DNA of 59,542 bases, filler included, from Bipalium vagum (taxonomy: Eukaryota): NCBI GenBank assembly GCA_037834085.1. It is 3 parts of 3 records of this genome, joined end to end, with 100 filler letters (N's around TTAATTAATTAA, not from the genome) between each part and the next. Parts side by side here need not be neighbours in the genome. Positions count along the whole stretch, not along the records: positions 1 to 22,472 come from JBBMKC010219131.1; positions 22,573 to 43,882 come from JBBMKC010238989.1; 1 more part is not named here. One strand, written 5' to 3'. The notes beneath the pieces were generated by a model. The model made no database searches, had not been told where the DNA came from, and worked only from the letters and a program-made list of their open reading frames with translations. Positions 14,149 through 28,339 of this stretch are shown here, in pieces. Positions within the stretch are counted from its first letter, which is position 1, and the number at the start of each line of letters is the position of its first letter. The position numbers and the translations under genes are program-made.

Positions 14149-14939
14149 TAAAGAGAACATTTTGGAATTTGTTTATTTTTAAATAAAGATATTCTGTCAA
14201 TAGAACATTTACATTGTTTTGATTTATTATAATTTATCCTTTCTTTACACCTAAAATTTAATTGTATCTTTGTTGCATTAACGATTTATTATTTTATTTC
14301 TATTCCATAATATATTTTGTTTCTATATGACAAATTTTTTTGTTCACCTTTAAAGCTTTTGATATAAATAATTATTAAATTAAATTGAAGTATTATGTTT
14401 ATTAAAAGACCTTTGTTAGATAATAGTTAATGAAAGATTAAAAAGGTGTAAGAAGTGCAATAAAGATACACATACAAGTTTGTGAGAAACATTTTTGATG
14501 TTCCGTAATCTGTGAACTGTTGTCAAGACTATTGATATTGAGCTGACAGATTGTCGACTTAGAATTCCGACTGTTATGCGAAGTCAATATAATGCTAATT
14601 TATTCAACTATGTGCAAAATCGATTCGGACAGTTTCAGTTTGTTTACATTTTCTTAAGTTCTTTTCGTGTAGTTTATTAATAATGTTTTTCTTATTGGAA
14701 ATGTTTCAATTTTATATGATTTGATTGAAAGACAGACAAGGTTGTCAGTTCTAAACTGAAATAAAATAAATTTTCAATCGAGGTAAAGTTTTTGATCTGA
14801 CAAAATGATTTTTTATCCAGAATCAAAAGGATATACTCTTCCAAAGTGGTATTTGTCCATCTAAGAGGATACATTAAAATATGTAACAATAATATGAACA
14901 GTTATAAAACATCATAACTTTTATTTTAATTATCAGTTT

Positions 14940-15350
14940 CATATTATTAATTGTTATTTGTAAAATTAAGAAACCGCTATCATGTTCTTTATGAAAGCTA
15001 GCTGAAATGAAAAGAGCTGCCAAAGCAGTAAAGGAAAGTTTATATATATTCGACATTGTGTTTATGGGTATGATCTGCAAATCATTTATATTTCAAAAAG
15101 ATATTTTTCTTTATCGCTAATATTACTTTTCCTCAATTTCTAACTTAACTTCTGATCTCAGTTTCTGTTAGCTTTTTAGTCATCTAATGTTGCTTTTACT
15201 GGTATTTCTTATTTGACAGTCTTTGGACGTTCTTTTAGAAAGTTAAGATATTCGTTTGACAAAGTAAATCTATATAGCTGCATTGTTCTCTTGCTTTTTA
15301 CCTTACTGCCTTTTTATTGTTATTATCGTTTTGATTTACTAAGACTTGTA
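14940..15350 (-). mobile_element. Possible hAT transposase C-terminal remnant
   Basis: SNIYKLSFTALAALFISAS resembles the hAT dimerisation-domain P.IYKL...AL..P.SSA motif. Very decayed. Confidence 0.3.
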
Positions 15351-15872
15351 TAATTGTAGTTTCATTTTCAACTTGGTTATATTTTGCTTAAAACAAATTT
15401 AGAAATGTTATTAACTTTAAAAAATCTCCAGCCTACTGATTATATCACGTTTTCGTTTTAGTTTTTGTAGAAACATTAAGAAAGTCACAAATATTAAATT
15501 AAAATCGAAGATTAATTAAAATATTATTTTTGATCATTAAATGCGGAGATATTGGAACTATAGTATTTTTTTCAGTTTATTCCTAATGCTAAGAATTAAT
15601 GAAAAAATAAAATATTTATATAAGTTTTATCAGAATTTAAATAAATCACAATTTTTTATTTTAATTGTATTATTTTATATATTGATAATAATGATTAAAT
15701 AAAGATTTATTAGAAGTTCATCATTCCCGATTTTGCGTGAATTAGTCTAATATTAAAAATTAAAAAATACTGCAAAACATAATTCGGGGTAACAACTAAA
15801 GTAATCGGTTATCTTTTTAAAAATATTTTGTTTGATGATGGGATAATATAATTTTACCAGCAAAGGCATATA

Positions 15873-16279
15873 CGTGGGTGGCTTGAAAAGTTCGTGAAAT
15901 GAATACCATCATTAAAAATAAAAGACCCGGTTTGAAGAAAATCAAGACATTGTCCAATACGGAATTAATTACAATGGCAAAAATCAATGAGTTTAAGTAT
16001 CAACTTCTTCAACATCCCCAAAATTCACCAGATTTGGCTCCCTCTGAGTTTCACCTGTTCCCAAAAGCGCTTTTCCTCAACAGAGCAGATTCATGAAGCA
16101 GTAAATCATTATTTTTGGAGCACTGACAAAAACCACTTTGAGAGGGTATAATGGTCTCATAACATTGCTCGAATGAGTGCATTAATCTCAAGGGAGATTA
16201 TATTGAAAAATAATGTGATTTTTGTTAAAATAAAATTGTATTTTCTTTTTCAATTCGCGAACTATTCAAACCACTCTCA
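15873..16279 (+). mobile_element. Internally deleted mariner (407 bp) with both TIRs
   Basis: TA|CGTGGGTGGCTTGAAAAGTTCG ... CGAACTATTCAAACCACTCTCA|TA. Encodes HPQNSPDLAPSEFHLFP and a CINLKGDYIEK remnant. Confidence 0.85.
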
Positions 16280-17690
16280 TAACTTTATTTTTATTTCCTA
16301 ATACTTCTTTTATGAACTCTTTCAATACTATTGATATATCCAACTCTGAAATGCTAAAGAATTTATTTGGTCCAATGAGATCATAAAATATTTTTTCATT
16401 GTAAATTAAACTGACGATTATACTTATGGAAATTTGATATTAAATTTCAACTTAGTTATGATAATACTAGTTATAGTCAATCTGGAATCAAATGTTCAGT
16501 TCAACCTCGTCACTCTAGATAAGCATCTCTATTTACAGTGTGGTATAAACATTTCGTTTAGTTCCATGTTACTGGTTGTATCTCTATGCTCTTAAACTTA
16601 ATCACGTAATCTGGAATCGTTATTATTTTTATTATAAAGGGTATCTTAATTAAAGGGTATTTTAATTGGGCCGTAAAAATTTTTCTATTTCTTTTTTAAT
16701 AATCATGATATATTCAACAATTCTTAAAGAAGTCAAATCATAGAAAATACAAAGGAGAACAATTATGAAAATTAACGTAGCTATTCTCATCGAAGTCTGT
16801 TTTCATTATTTTACATCATTTATGAATAATATAGTAAATTTTTCAAATTAGCTGAAGAAGAATTGCTTGCTTATTAAAACAAGTTGAATTTTCCCCTTTT
16901 CATAATACCACTATCTTAAGACATTAACAGCTGAAAATGTCGTGGGTAAAAATAATCCTATTTACGAAAGTCAATTGTCACTCAGAGATTTTCAACAAAT
17001 TAAACAAGCCAAATAAGAAAAATCGAATTAGTTTTAAAAAAAACAGACAAAAATTGATTTTTTTTTCATTGTGTACTACAATCTAGATCGCAAAATTATT
17101 CAATTTTTTAACTACTCAATAAATATCGATATTCAGGGTTTTCGAAAAAATTTATAGGTCTTTCATGAAAATTGTAACATTTTCAAAATAATATTAAAAA
17201 AAATAGTTAAGAAAGAAGTAAGAATTATTTCTAGAAACGATGCAAATCTGAAAGAATCCTCCTTTAAAAGTATTATTCCTATGAATTTTTAAATTGTAAA
17301 TATCTCCCGTTTTTGTTTGATCAATCTATTTTACTTCATCTACTGATAATTTTCTTCATTGTGCTAAAATGAATATTTTTATAATCAAATAATATAAATA
17401 ATTTGATGGGAAAGTTTGATAGGTGAATAAAATAAAAATATCTCAAAATGGTTACTAATTTATGCTCAATTACACCTTAAATCATTTTCAATTTTTTGGT
17501 GATTTTAATTAAAATAAATTTGTTTTCTTCTTTATTCCTCTCTGTTGAAAATATTAGATAAGCCATCTTCAAAAATATTATTATTATCATAAATTTTAAA
17601 TTAGTGTAAATGTTTGCCGTTATTGTTTGAATAAGCTGTTTTAATTCATTTCTTTTTTTATCTGGCTCAAATGATGATAATTAATATTAT

Positions 17691-18250
17691 TGTTACCATT
17701 TACCTGAATCGAAATATGTAACTTCAAGTTCAAACTTTCATAATCCTCACTTCGTTGATAACGTTAATAATATGCACGAAAAAATTAATGTTAAGTCGCA
17801 CTATTGAATCAAAATTATATCAATGAAACTTTATTACAATGAAATAATCACAATGCACTAGAATTCAATCAATTATCGATAATCATAATAAATGTCATAA
17901 AACCAACCAAAGGATAATTAATCTCAAATGATTAATATATTTTTACACTGTTATAAAAGAAATTCTTAACAATAAACAAACTACAAACACTTTAAATCAA
18001 GCAAAAAATACAACACTCTCAATCGGAACGGCAATGGATCCCAGGGTCGTCTACTATGTATGGTACCATTGCCTAGAGAGTCCCAAACTCGGTGGGTTCC
18101 ATTGTGAAATCCTATTGCTGCAGCCTCATTATCAATTAAAATAATAATTAAGAATTTTGTTCTTCTGGCGCATACAATTTAGAATCTTCTGAACAATACA
18201 ATCTATCTTCTGACAAATAAGCTTTGAAATTTTGTACGAATAAAACAAAA
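17691..18250 (-). mobile_element. Solo-LTR-like dispersed repeat, copy B
   Basis: Starts TGTTACCATTTACCTGAATCGAAATATGTAA, matching the reverse complement of 53930-53961. Core GGATCCCAGGGTCGTC...CCCAAACTCGGTGGG matches 13498-13560. The far boundary is uncertain. Confidence 0.6.
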
Positions 18251-19530
18251 TTTTCTTTTTCTGTTCTTTTCTTTTTTCTAAGTAACTATTCTCAAAGGAC
18301 CCCAAAGTTATAGAGATTTAAGTTAGTTAAATTGGTTGTCAACCAATTTCTACTCTCTTAACATTTACTCTCCAAACAGACTGATAGTACTAAATTTAAG
18401 CCTTCGGCCATAATTGAGGCTTAACGTAATCTTGACATCAAGATTCGAGATAAAAAAATAATTTTAGAGATAAAGAGAATTATTTTTATTATTTTAATTA
18501 TTTTTTAAACTTATCTGTCCTGAGTGGTAGAAAGTCAATAAAACTAACTTAGCACTTCTGGGGCCCTATGCCCGGATTGATTTTTGAATAGTATAAAATC
18601 TCCTAGACAGAGAGAAAAAAGATTAATGTTATCAGTAATCAGAAACCTAAATTTTGAGAGAGTATCAGGTATATTGATTTTCAGCATTTGTGAAATTATC
18701 ATTTACATAAATATTAATATTATATTATTATTTATAAAAAAATGACTAGTAAAATAATAAGATGAATTTCAGGTAAAAATAACCTTGGTTACTTTTTTTC
18801 TTCAATATATAATCATTTATTTAAGTAGGTAAGATATTTGTATAGAAAAATAAAAAATTAAAATATTCTCCTAAATGTTGTTCAAATATTGATTTTAAAG
18901 ATTTTTCTCCGTAGACATTTTGTTGAGTGAAAATATTAAATAACTGCTCTATGGAAATTTACATTCAATTGTGTTTAGTTTCTATCACAAATTTCTGTTT
19001 GAAATTATTATTTTAAGCCAAAATATTCAAAATTTAATAATTTAAATTATTCAACTATTGCTAATGACAATGTTCATAAAAAACTGGAAAGGTAAAAAAC
19101 CAAATGATCAGTAGAAAAACTATTACAATCACTTTATTTAATTTTATTATTTGGAATAGAATTATAAATATTTTTTATTTAATTACTAATTAAAAATTTA
19201 TACGAAATACAATAATTAACTTTATATTTTTAATAATATTTTTGATAGAGCAAAATATTTTCTAGTTAACTCATTGGTGGAAAATTATATGGTTTAATTA
19301 TATTAAGTAATAATTATCAATGTCAAAAAATATTTATTGATTTTATAAAATATTATCTTGTTATATTGTTTGTTTAATAAATATTTTATTTTTCATTATT
19401 ATTATTACTATTGTGATTATTATTATAGTTATTAATAATATTATGATAATAATAATAATTATTATTATTTATTAACTTAATTAATTTTAAATGTACAATA
19501 TTTATATAAATCTAATCTGATTTTTAACTA

Positions 19531-19980
19531 TCAGGTTGAGTAAAAAGAAATTTGGGTTTTGCAACATAAATTATTAAAATGTAAGCAGACACATCATAAT
19601 TCAAAAAGCATTCATCACTGGTATTAATGATGACTCGCTATCTTGCAGGCAAAGCACGAATTTCTCTGTTTTAGAATTCAGGCTGCTGTAAGTCAAAGTA
19701 AGTGTTGACCAAATCTTCAATGTCTTCGATATTTTAAAGTTCTTTCCCACTAAATAGTACTGCATGGACCTGAACAACTGATAATCCATATCATGTCTGT
19801 ATGTCAGATGGAGAACACCTCCAAGTCTAATTCCTCGATTTTTAGCCGTATAATGTCTGCTAAATGTGGTCGAGCATTGTCAGGTGAAAATGTTTTTGTG
19901 ATATACACTCCATGACGACGAAAAGTCGTCTCCACGCTGCTTAATTGTTGGCAGTAAAGTTCTGTAGTTATCATTTTTCC
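19531..19980 (-). mobile_element. mariner 3' fragment with TIR
   Basis: TATCAGGTTGAGT terminus (same type as 4700). Encodes DNARPHL and DYQLFRSMQYYL. Confidence 0.85.
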
Positions 19981-20249
19981 TCTATTATTATTAAAGAAAT
20001 ATATTTTAGTAAATTATTATTTATATTCAAATATTAATTAAACTAGCTGCGATGTTTTTTCTTTATAATGACGTTAAGCTTATTTCGATAAGACAACATC
20101 AGTTGACAATTGCTTTTACACTAGACACCAGTTTTACATATACATGCTGTGAGGGATATTTGAGGAAGTTTTTATCATATGAAATAAACAATAATATTTT
20201 AACAAAAAATGTATATTTAAATAAAATAGACACAAATATTCATGATGAT

Positions 20250-21340
20250 ACGTAATACATCTTTACTTATTTATTTTATAAAACCACCATGGGCTTTAAT
20301 GACTGCTTCTATTCGGACTCGAAACTAATCACAGGCAGAAATTAAGTGGTCCACATCTATTTCTGATATAACCTTTGCAATGGCGACCTTCATTGAGACA
20401 ATGGTACTATGATGATGTTAATTAGTCCCCATTTCAACAACCCTTAAAACGTAATAATCCACGGTATTTAAATCTGGCGAATTATGGGGCCACATGATTG
20501 TAAAATTTTTTTGATAACCAGTCCTTGATTGAACTGGTTTTAAGAGAAGATTCATAGTCATGTTGAAAGACACAAAGCATTTCTTTGTATACTTTATGAA
20601 TACAGGGCTTAACAACAGTTTTAAGAACTTCAATGTATACAGCAGCATTGACCCTAAGACCTTGTGAGAAAATGTAATGTTGTATAACATGAATTTCATT
20701 GTCCATAACTCTTGAAACCATTAAAGTAGCTGGATATTTGGTGTGCATCACACTGGGTACTTTAAAAGGAGATACGCATGGCCATCTGCAATTCTGTCTG
20801 TTTATTTTCTGATCTTAATAAAGGTTTGTTCATCAGAGAAAAACCAAAGCATGTTATGTTCGTTGGGGTTTTTAATTTGTTCAGCAATCTTTTTGAACGC
20901 ATGATTTTTAACTGGATCTTCGAAGACATGAACATAATTAAATGTCCACATAACGCATGACTTTATCGAATATTCAGGTGTACTACAGCTCTGACAGTCC
21001 ACTATGATACATGCAGTTCTTTAGTAATGAATCTCATTGATCTTCTGTGGTTCTCATGGACGATGTTTTTTAACACTCTGTTTAAATTCTGGTGTTCTTA
21101 TGGGAACAGAGCGTTGTGAATGCTTTCTCCATTTTGCCACAGGGGAAATAATGATATTCACAATCATAAGTGCAACTGAATAAGTGCAACTGAACCTTAT
21201 GAACAAATGGTCTTAAAATATTTAAAAAGGTACTACAGTTTAATAATTTCTAAATCATTATGCTTAGCGGATAAAGCAAATCTGGCTGCATTTCTTTTCA
21301 TTTCTTGTGTTAATATTTTCACCTGAATTGTTTATCTAAA
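20250..21340 (-). mobile_element. DD37D (maT-like) transposase remnant
   Basis: Frameshifted WFFSDEQTF, VMHTKYPATLMV, VFQHD and WPHNSPDLNTVDYYV. Confidence 0.85.
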
Positions 21341-22472
21341 TTAAGAAAAATAATATAAATAATTTGAATATGTATTGATATGTATTTATTGATTATAAAA
21401 AATATAAATTAATATTTAATTATTGAATATTATTTCAATTAAAAATTTGCTTAATTTTTTAATTTTTTTAAATATAAATTTTTTAAAATTGGAAAATATT
21501 AAAATTATTTTCAATGGAGATATTAGATTTTAAATGACCGGGAAATATTTCGTCTGATAAATAATTAAAATATAATAATTGAGAATTTAATAATTAAAAA
21601 TATTTATTGTTTTGAAACATTAAATTAAATTTAATTAAACGTTTCTAATTTTTATTATCGAGACACAAATAGGCAAGATTATCGTATGGACTTAAAACGT
21701 ATGACCTTTTTTGGACCAAACTTTGAAAGGTGAGTCTGGGTTCTCGTTCTTTGATAAAAAAGAATACCCATTAATGTTATTGATTTTGAGAGCGGTTCTA
21801 AAGGCAGTTTCAATACTTGTTTTTCTATGTATGAAAGATTTTTTATCAAATTAAATTTACAATTGTTAAAGTTTCAAAAGACTTTCTACTGTATAATTAA
21901 TTAATTAATTAATTAATTAATATAAATCATTTATTCTCAATACTTTATATTAAATTAAAATGAAGGTTTCACACGAATCGTTGTAATAATTATGTTTAAA
22001 ATTTATATCAAAGAATATTAAAACAAAATTAAATAAATATTTATAAATGAATGTCCCAGTTAATTTAAGAAATATTTTATTTTTATTGCAAAAGATATGG
22101 AAATCTGATTATAAATATCAAATAATACTTGCAAATTATCCAGGATTATTAAAATGTGGATTTGGAATGTGACTGATAATTATCTATGCAGACAGAGCGG
22201 AAATGAAGAAGAAAAGTCTAATTCAAATTGGAAGACCAATTATTTCTAAAACAGAATTCATATAGAAAAAATTTCTGAAGTAATTGCAATAAAATGATAT
22301 TCACGGATAAAGGAAATGAAGAATTGACGTTCTAAGTAGTCCATCAATAAATAAATCTTATTAAATAAATTACATTTATCATATGACAGTGACAAATAAA
22401 ATTCTTAATTATTTCATTAAAATAATATTAATTTGTATATGAACAAAAAATGGTTGCTTTAATGTAAAATTA

Positions 22473-22572
22473 NNNNNNNNNNNNNNNNNNNNNNNNNNNN
22501 NNNNNNNNNNNNNNNNTTAATTAATTAANNNNNNNNNNNNNNNNNNNNNNNNNNNNNNNNNNNNNNNNNNNN
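22473..22572. other. Assembly spacer (N44-TTAATTAATTAA-N44)
   Basis: Exactly 100 nt with a six-frame-stop linker in the middle. Identical to the spacer at 43883-43982. Confidence 0.97.
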
Positions 22573-23327
22573 CAGAAAGAAGCCAAGAGCAGAGAAAAAC
22601 CACGTGCGAAATTTTGATCAAAATGAACAAAAGAAAATCTTTCCTTCATTGTATAATAACTAGAGATGAAAAATGGATATATTTCTGCAATATCAGACGA
22701 AAAAAATCTTGGATTGACCCAGGTCAGCTGACAAAGTCAACTCCAAAGCTCAACATTCATGGGAAAAAAAGTATTGTTATTTATATGGTTGGATCAAAAA
22801 GGTATCCTGTACTACAAACTTCTGAAACCTAGTGAAACCGTGACTACCAATAGCTATCAATAGCAGTTAATGCAACTAAACGAAGAAATCGCTGCCAAAC
22901 GACCAGAATCTGCTGATAGTCATGGGAAGATAATATTGCTTCATGACAACGATAGGCCTCATGTCGCAAAAAAGGTTGATGAGGTTATAAAACAGGTGAA
23001 ATGGGATGTCTTACCCCACCCGCCGTACTCTCCAGACATTACTCCGTCGGATTATCATTTAATTCGTTCGATGGCCCATGGTCTCTCAGAGCACAGCTTT
23101 ATGACTTATGAGTATGTAAAAAAATGGCTAGATCATTGGATTGCCTCTAAATCAAATAATATTTTCTATGATGACATACATAAACTGCCACAACTTTGGG
23201 AAAACGTTGTCACGAGTGAAGGAAATTAATTTTTAATAAAAATCTTTTATAAATTTGCTTTGGTTATTTTTAATTTATTTAATTTTAAATAATGGTAAAA
23301 TCGGCGGAGTCATATTTGTAGACCTAA
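22573..23327 (+). mobile_element. mariner transposase pseudogene (catalytic domain) with right TIR
   Basis: TRDEKWIYF...HDNDRPH...HPPYSPDITPSDYHL (DD34D). Frameshift near 22770 and TAG at 22861. Ends in ...TTTGTAGACCTAA|TA. The 5' part is lost at the contig edge. Confidence 0.93.
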
Positions 23328-26300
23328 TACCTTAAAACTTATTTATTGATTAAATATGAATTATTAAAAATCGCTAATTTTTAAATAAATATTTTAAATA
23401 AATGTTGGTTAATTTTAAAAAAGTAAGTAATTTAATTTCAATAAAAGGTGAGGTCCAAGTTTGAAAAATTTGTTTGATTAATTGGATCTAATGAAATATA
23501 TTATTATTGCTTCGTCTTTGAATTCTTATTTACAAATGACTACTCATAATATAATAATATTTGTAAATTATAATTTAATGTCTATTAATCTATGGATCAT
23601 TCACTGTCCATTTGTTTAAATAATTTCTGAAAAATATTAATTTTTCAAAAAATATTATGAACTTAGAAATTTTATAATTATCAAAAAAAATTATTTTAAA
23701 ATTAAAATAAATAAATAAATTTTAAAAAATAAATAATAAAATATAAATATTATTATATCAAATGACAATTAATCATTCAAAAATTAATTATCAAATAAAA
23801 GCAAGAAATTTTCTGTCTTTCAAAATTATTTTGTCTTAAATGATTCTTTTACATAGAGACAAAATTAAAATGTCAAAAATGAATAAAAATTCTTTTTGCA
23901 AAATATAATATCAAATTTTCCAGTTCAACTGTCTGACTGAAAAAAACCATATAAATTAAACATTTTGAAACATTTGAGTGATTTTATTGACTAAATAAAT
24001 AATATCATTTTTTAAATCTATCGGAGAATAAATGTCAATAAATGAAAAATATTCATAAAAATTTAATGATAAAATCTAATGGAAATAAATTCATTTCACC
24101 TCTACCGCGTGGATCTTAAAACCAGTTCAACCCTTATTTTTTATCTAATCATTTTGGTAAGATCTATATGGCAGAATAATTGCTTTAACTAATTAATTAT
24201 TTTGTTTAAATTTATTAATTCTTATTTTACACTAATTGTTAATATTTCATAAATGATGTATAAATTTTATTTTTTAAATCAATACAAATACTTTATTTAA
24301 AGATCAATAGTTTAAAGTTTTTATAAGAAAAATATACAATTTTAATTTCATTTTCTCTTCGTAAATTTATAAAACGATAAAAAAAGAAAAAATATAAAGA
24401 TTTCCTTTAAAAAATAACAAGTTTAGAGAAAACCTGAGAATTCATGAATAAAATATTAGGCCCAATAATTAAAAATAACATTTTCAATATTTTTAAAATT
24501 AATTAAATTATTAAGATTAATTTTTTATAAAAAAGTAAAAAATTGAATTATTTCCCCGAGCTTTGAGGATTGTTACTGAAAATTAAATATATTCAATGAA
24601 TTCAGTATTTTACTTTTATCTTAATTAGTTTTTTATTAGATTTTTTGTATTGAAGCATTAAAACATCCAATTTTTTCAACATCAAATAAAGTGGAAGAAA
24701 TAAAATAATGAAAATCAATGCGATATTGTTTTAATCAGAATACAAATTATTTTTTTATAGATTTAATTATTTCGAAAAAAGCTCATTATGATTTATCTGC
24801 TTTACTTCCCATGTATAAAATTAACAATTATCATCTAAAAAGGTTGATATGAATATTCTTCTCATAAAATTTAAAATCATAATAATAATAATTAATAATC
24901 ATAATAAATAATAATTTCCGGCATAGCAAATCTAGCGTAAGCTGTTTGTTAATAGATATGAAAGATCTTTAATATAAAAAGTTTTTATTTTGATTCACGA
25001 AAAAAATAACTCTTTAGTAAAACAATTTAATTGAAGGATTTCATAAATGTCATTTACACAGAGATTTTTTAATTTTTAAAAAATAATTTATAAATAATCA
25101 TGTTTTGGGATGACATATTGCACAATATTTAATATAAATCATGGTTGAATAATATCTTCCGTTTCCTTTCATGTTAAATAAAAACAAAATATAAACTAAG
25201 ACAAAATGCCAATGTATTTATAAGTGTTTTATGATTTATTAACCGATGTTGTTATCTTTGTGACGAACCTAATAGCAAGGGTGTCTGCTTATTTAGGTTG
25301 TCTGATAAAAATATCAGGCTGATAATATTGTTTCCTCCGATTAATTTTATTAATAAACTAATGTAATTAATGTTAATAATAAAAGCCATTGAATCATTAA
25401 TAAGTCTCGATAAATTGTCTTTGTTTTAAAATCATTAAGAATTTATTTCAACTAACAAGTGGATTTTAAAAGCATGTCATCACGTGACCTTTGAGTTGCA
25501 TCGCGGATCAAAATTAAATTAGCAGGCATTCAAAGATAACATTAATTGCTTATCACAAAGATGAGAAAAAACCATCATTAATAATGATGGAAATTGTTTT
25601 ATTGAATAAACTTTAGAATAGAACTTTCATTTGGACTTTTAAATTATGAAAAAAAAGGATGAAAAATATCTCTTCAGAACATGAATCATTTAAAAATTAT
25701 TTTCCTAATTTTATATTAAAAATAATCTTATATACTTAAGATAATGACAACTAAATATTTTAATTTATTCACGATTAAATGAAATTTCAGCTTTTCCCAG
25801 ATTTCCAGCTCATACTAGTCAGTATACTCTAATGAATTATGAATGAACAAAAAATTTCAAGATTACATTATTAGACGAATGAAATAACCCACATTAAGTG
25901 ACCATTATTCCCTTTTCTTTTAATACTTTGTCTAAGAGAAAGAATCTTTTAAATTAATTAATAAATTGATTAAAAAATCTTTACTATTCGAGGAATGTGA
26001 AGTTAAATTCTCCTTCTTATTCTCATCAAAGTAAATGATTAATTACTCAAATTTGATTTTCTTATAAAAAAAAGTTATGTGAAACTTTGTTAATATTATG
26101 AACAATAGTAAAATTTTATTTCATCAGAGACGAAAGAAAAAACTGTCTAGGAAATATATTGACTTTTCATTATTTTCATCAGTCTCTCCGAGCTTAAAAA
26201 GAGAATCATTAATATCGATAACATTTCTGTATTGTAAGAAATTAAATAGCATTATATACAAGCATGCTATATTCATACAATCTGCGAAAATGATAAGATT

Positions 26301-26439
26301 AAAGACAGGTGGAAAGGGATACATTTCTTTTCAATGAAAAGGAAAAGCTAAAAAATGAAAATCGGTTTAATATGAATCACAATACATTTACTTAGAGCTC
26401 ATAATATTTTCATAAAATTGAAATTTATTAAAAAATTAT

Positions 26440-27065
26440 TTGTTTGTTTTAATAAATATGATAAAACTTTGGAACTTAACAACAATAAAATATTTCGATA
26501 AATAACATAACAAATAAATATAATACAATTAATAATATAAATATAAATTTATTAAAAAATAATTTTTTGCTTTAATGAATTAATGAATATCATAGAACTT
26601 GAGAACAACAATTAAATGTTTCGATAAGATTGACAAGATAAGATTGATAAATTATATAACAAATAAATATTATATAAATAATATAATTCAAATAATTAAA
26701 ATTATATAAATAATAATATAAATATAAATAAATAATATATTATTTTTTTAAAAATTTATTTCCTTATTTTAATTAATTAATCAATATTATCAAACTTAGG
26801 AATTAAACAACAATAACATTTTTCAATAAGATTCACATTGAATATAATTTAAATAATATAACGAATAAATATAATATAAATAATATAATATAAATAATTA
26901 AAATAATTAAAATTATATAAATAATAATATAAATATAAATTAATAATATATACATTTATTTTAAAAATATTTATTTGTTTTAATCAATTAATCTATATAA
27001 TCAAGCTTGAAAATTTAACAACAATAAAATGTTTCGATAAGATTCACATTAAATATAAGTTAATT
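26440..27065. repeat. Degenerate AT-rich tandem repeat, four units
   Basis: Anchor AACAACAAT(A/T)A(A/C)AT.TTTC(G/A)ATAA recurs at 26478, 26604, 26806 and 27017. Confidence 0.75.
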
Positions 27066-28339
27066 AATATTTTTAGAACTATGGAAACAAATTTGGCTTC
27101 ATTGGAAAATAAAATACTTATTAGAAATTTTATTCATTAATTTTTAAAATTATATTATTTAATTTAACTATGTAATATATAAAAATAAAATCTAAAAAAT
27201 CTTTTAAAAATAATCCAGAGTTCATTTAATAAACTAACAATGACTGCCACCGGAAATTATTAATTAAAATTTGCAATTTTTTAATTTTTAATATTTTTTA
27301 AATTAGTATTTTTTTTATATTTATCAAAAATTATTTGAAAACTTTTAATTAATTTTATAAAAATTCAAAATAAATAAAAATAAATAAATAAAATATAAAT
27401 TGAAAACTTATTAATAAGTGGGACCTAATTATTTTTCAATTGTCTCTCGTTAACTTAAATTTTTGAGTAGACAATCAGTTTTCGTTTCATTGTTTAAATA
27501 AGCTAATTTTCGAAAATATTCAGGCTATCATTTTGAAGAGTTTATAGAGCTTACCATGGTACCTTTTCAAATTACCTTCGATTTTAATTCTTTTTTGTTC
27601 TTATCAATCACCTTACGTATGTTCACAATCAAACTTTTCAACAAATCTAGCAGCTACGTTAAACTTTTATATGTGGCCTTACAAAATATAGTTTGGTTCA
27701 ATTAACCTCAGTTGGCGCTGTAAAAATATTTGCTGCTTTCCACTTAAATAAAAAGTTTAATTGATTGTCATCGTTATCAGTAAAACAATTAAGAAAAATT
27801 GCTGTTTTCAGTCTCTTGTTACATTTTGGCGACTTGTGAATGTCTGACATTTTCTTAGTCTCCCAAAACCGATGCAGTCTGATGGTATAGTTGTACTCAT
27901 ACCTGAAGCTATTGTTTGACATATTTCCTTTATTGTGTTCTCATTCTACACAGCTGTTGGACTTTTGTAAATACTGCTGCAAATAATATTTTTTGTTAAC
28001 AATTTATTATGCATATGTCTATGGATAAAGCTTTTATTAAAACTTCTAAAGAGTAAATTTATAAAACTAATATAACACCGACAAAATGTAGAAGTTTCGA
28101 TCAATTTATATAATAATCATTAATATATAGATGATACGAAAACAATTAATAGTTACCTATCTGGAGATTCATTTACAAGCCTTTTAGTCCTTACAAAATA
28201 CACCATTAACGAACTATTAGCATTTAGATATACTCCATTAACAACGGAAAATCAACACCACAACGAGATTTGCATTGTTACAATGTGATTTTATCCATTT
28301 TCGGATATAAGACTTATTTTTTATTTTGAGCTTCTGAAC

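Noticed and set aside
16411-16440. Hammerhead-like CTGACGA...GAAA
   Set aside because: No credible stem II, stem I/III or cleavage triplet.
13036-18250. Copies A and B as paired LTRs of one provirus
   Set aside because: They are too divergent, no gag/pol lies between them, and the interval contains the DEGS last exon.
22517-22528. TTAATTAATTAA island between N runs as a biological motif
   Set aside because: It is an identical synthetic six-frame-stop linker in both gaps.
26124-26324. Short ORFs here and at 30546-30785, 36595-36789, 41747-41965 and 55149-55412 as genes
   Set aside because: No recognisable family motifs or consistent exon chains.
26440-27065. CRISPR-like array
   Set aside because: Eukaryotic context, degenerate repeats, spacers similar to each other and 100-190 bp long, and no cas genes.
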